NCBI RefSeq assembly: GCF_006345805.1
Contig: NC_043004.1
Coordinates: forward strand, 101,370,001-101,434,000
Origin: Octopus sinensis
Lineage: Eukaryota
Direction of reading: 5' to 3'
DNA: 64,000 nt
In this document: positions 63,830 through 64,000 of the stretch, piece by piece
Position numbering within the stretch: position 1 is the first letter of the stretch
Layout of the letters: each line of letters begins with the position of its first letter
Position numbers and translations under genes: made by a program
Notes under the pieces: model-generated
Databases searched by the model: none
Told to the model about the DNA's origin: nothing
The model's input: the letters and a program-made list of their open reading frames with translations, nothing else

Positions 63830-64000
63830 TTTTATTCTTTTACTTGTTTCAGTCATTTGACTACACCATGCTGGAGCACCCCTTTAGTCAAATTAAATTG
63901 ACCCCAGGACTTATTCTTTGTAAGCCTAGTATGTATTCTATCGATCTCTTTTGCTGACCCGCTAGGTTACAGAGACCTAAACACACCAGCATCGGTTGTC
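63830..64000 (-). mobile_element. SINE family A, 3' part, truncated by the window end
   Basis: TTTTACTTGTTTCAGTCATTTGAC ... CACACCAGCATCGGTTGTC. Confidence 0.8.

Overview
Very AT-rich, microsatellite- and repeat-saturated eukaryotic DNA. The SINE, LINE and microsatellite mix resembles an octopus/coleoid cephalopod genome (inference, not verified). One host gene is well supported: the last four recognisable coding exons of a latrophilin/Cirl-like adhesion GPCR on the + strand (TM6-TM7 at 8291-8459, then 9264-9389, 11059-11128 and 11623-12488), joined in frame by GT-AG introns. A few weak candidate exons suggest a convergent minus-strand gene at 16-22 kb. The rest is mobile DNA: several modular tRNA-derived SINE families, CR1/L2-like and R4/Dong-like LINE fragments, a mariner transposase remnant, piggyBac, Tc1/mariner, hAT and Helentron-type non-autonomous elements, and an LTR with a tRNA-Trp primer site. 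The main unexplained signal is a cluster of type I hammerhead-ribozyme folds between 43 and 63 kb, folded by hand. They occur in a Penelope-like GIY-YIG retroelement and in several unrelated inverted-repeat elements that would otherwise be called MITEs. One degenerate fold also lies in a tRNA-headed SINE with a palindromic 5' end. All family assignments come from motif recognition by eye; repeat boundaries are approximate and no searches were run.
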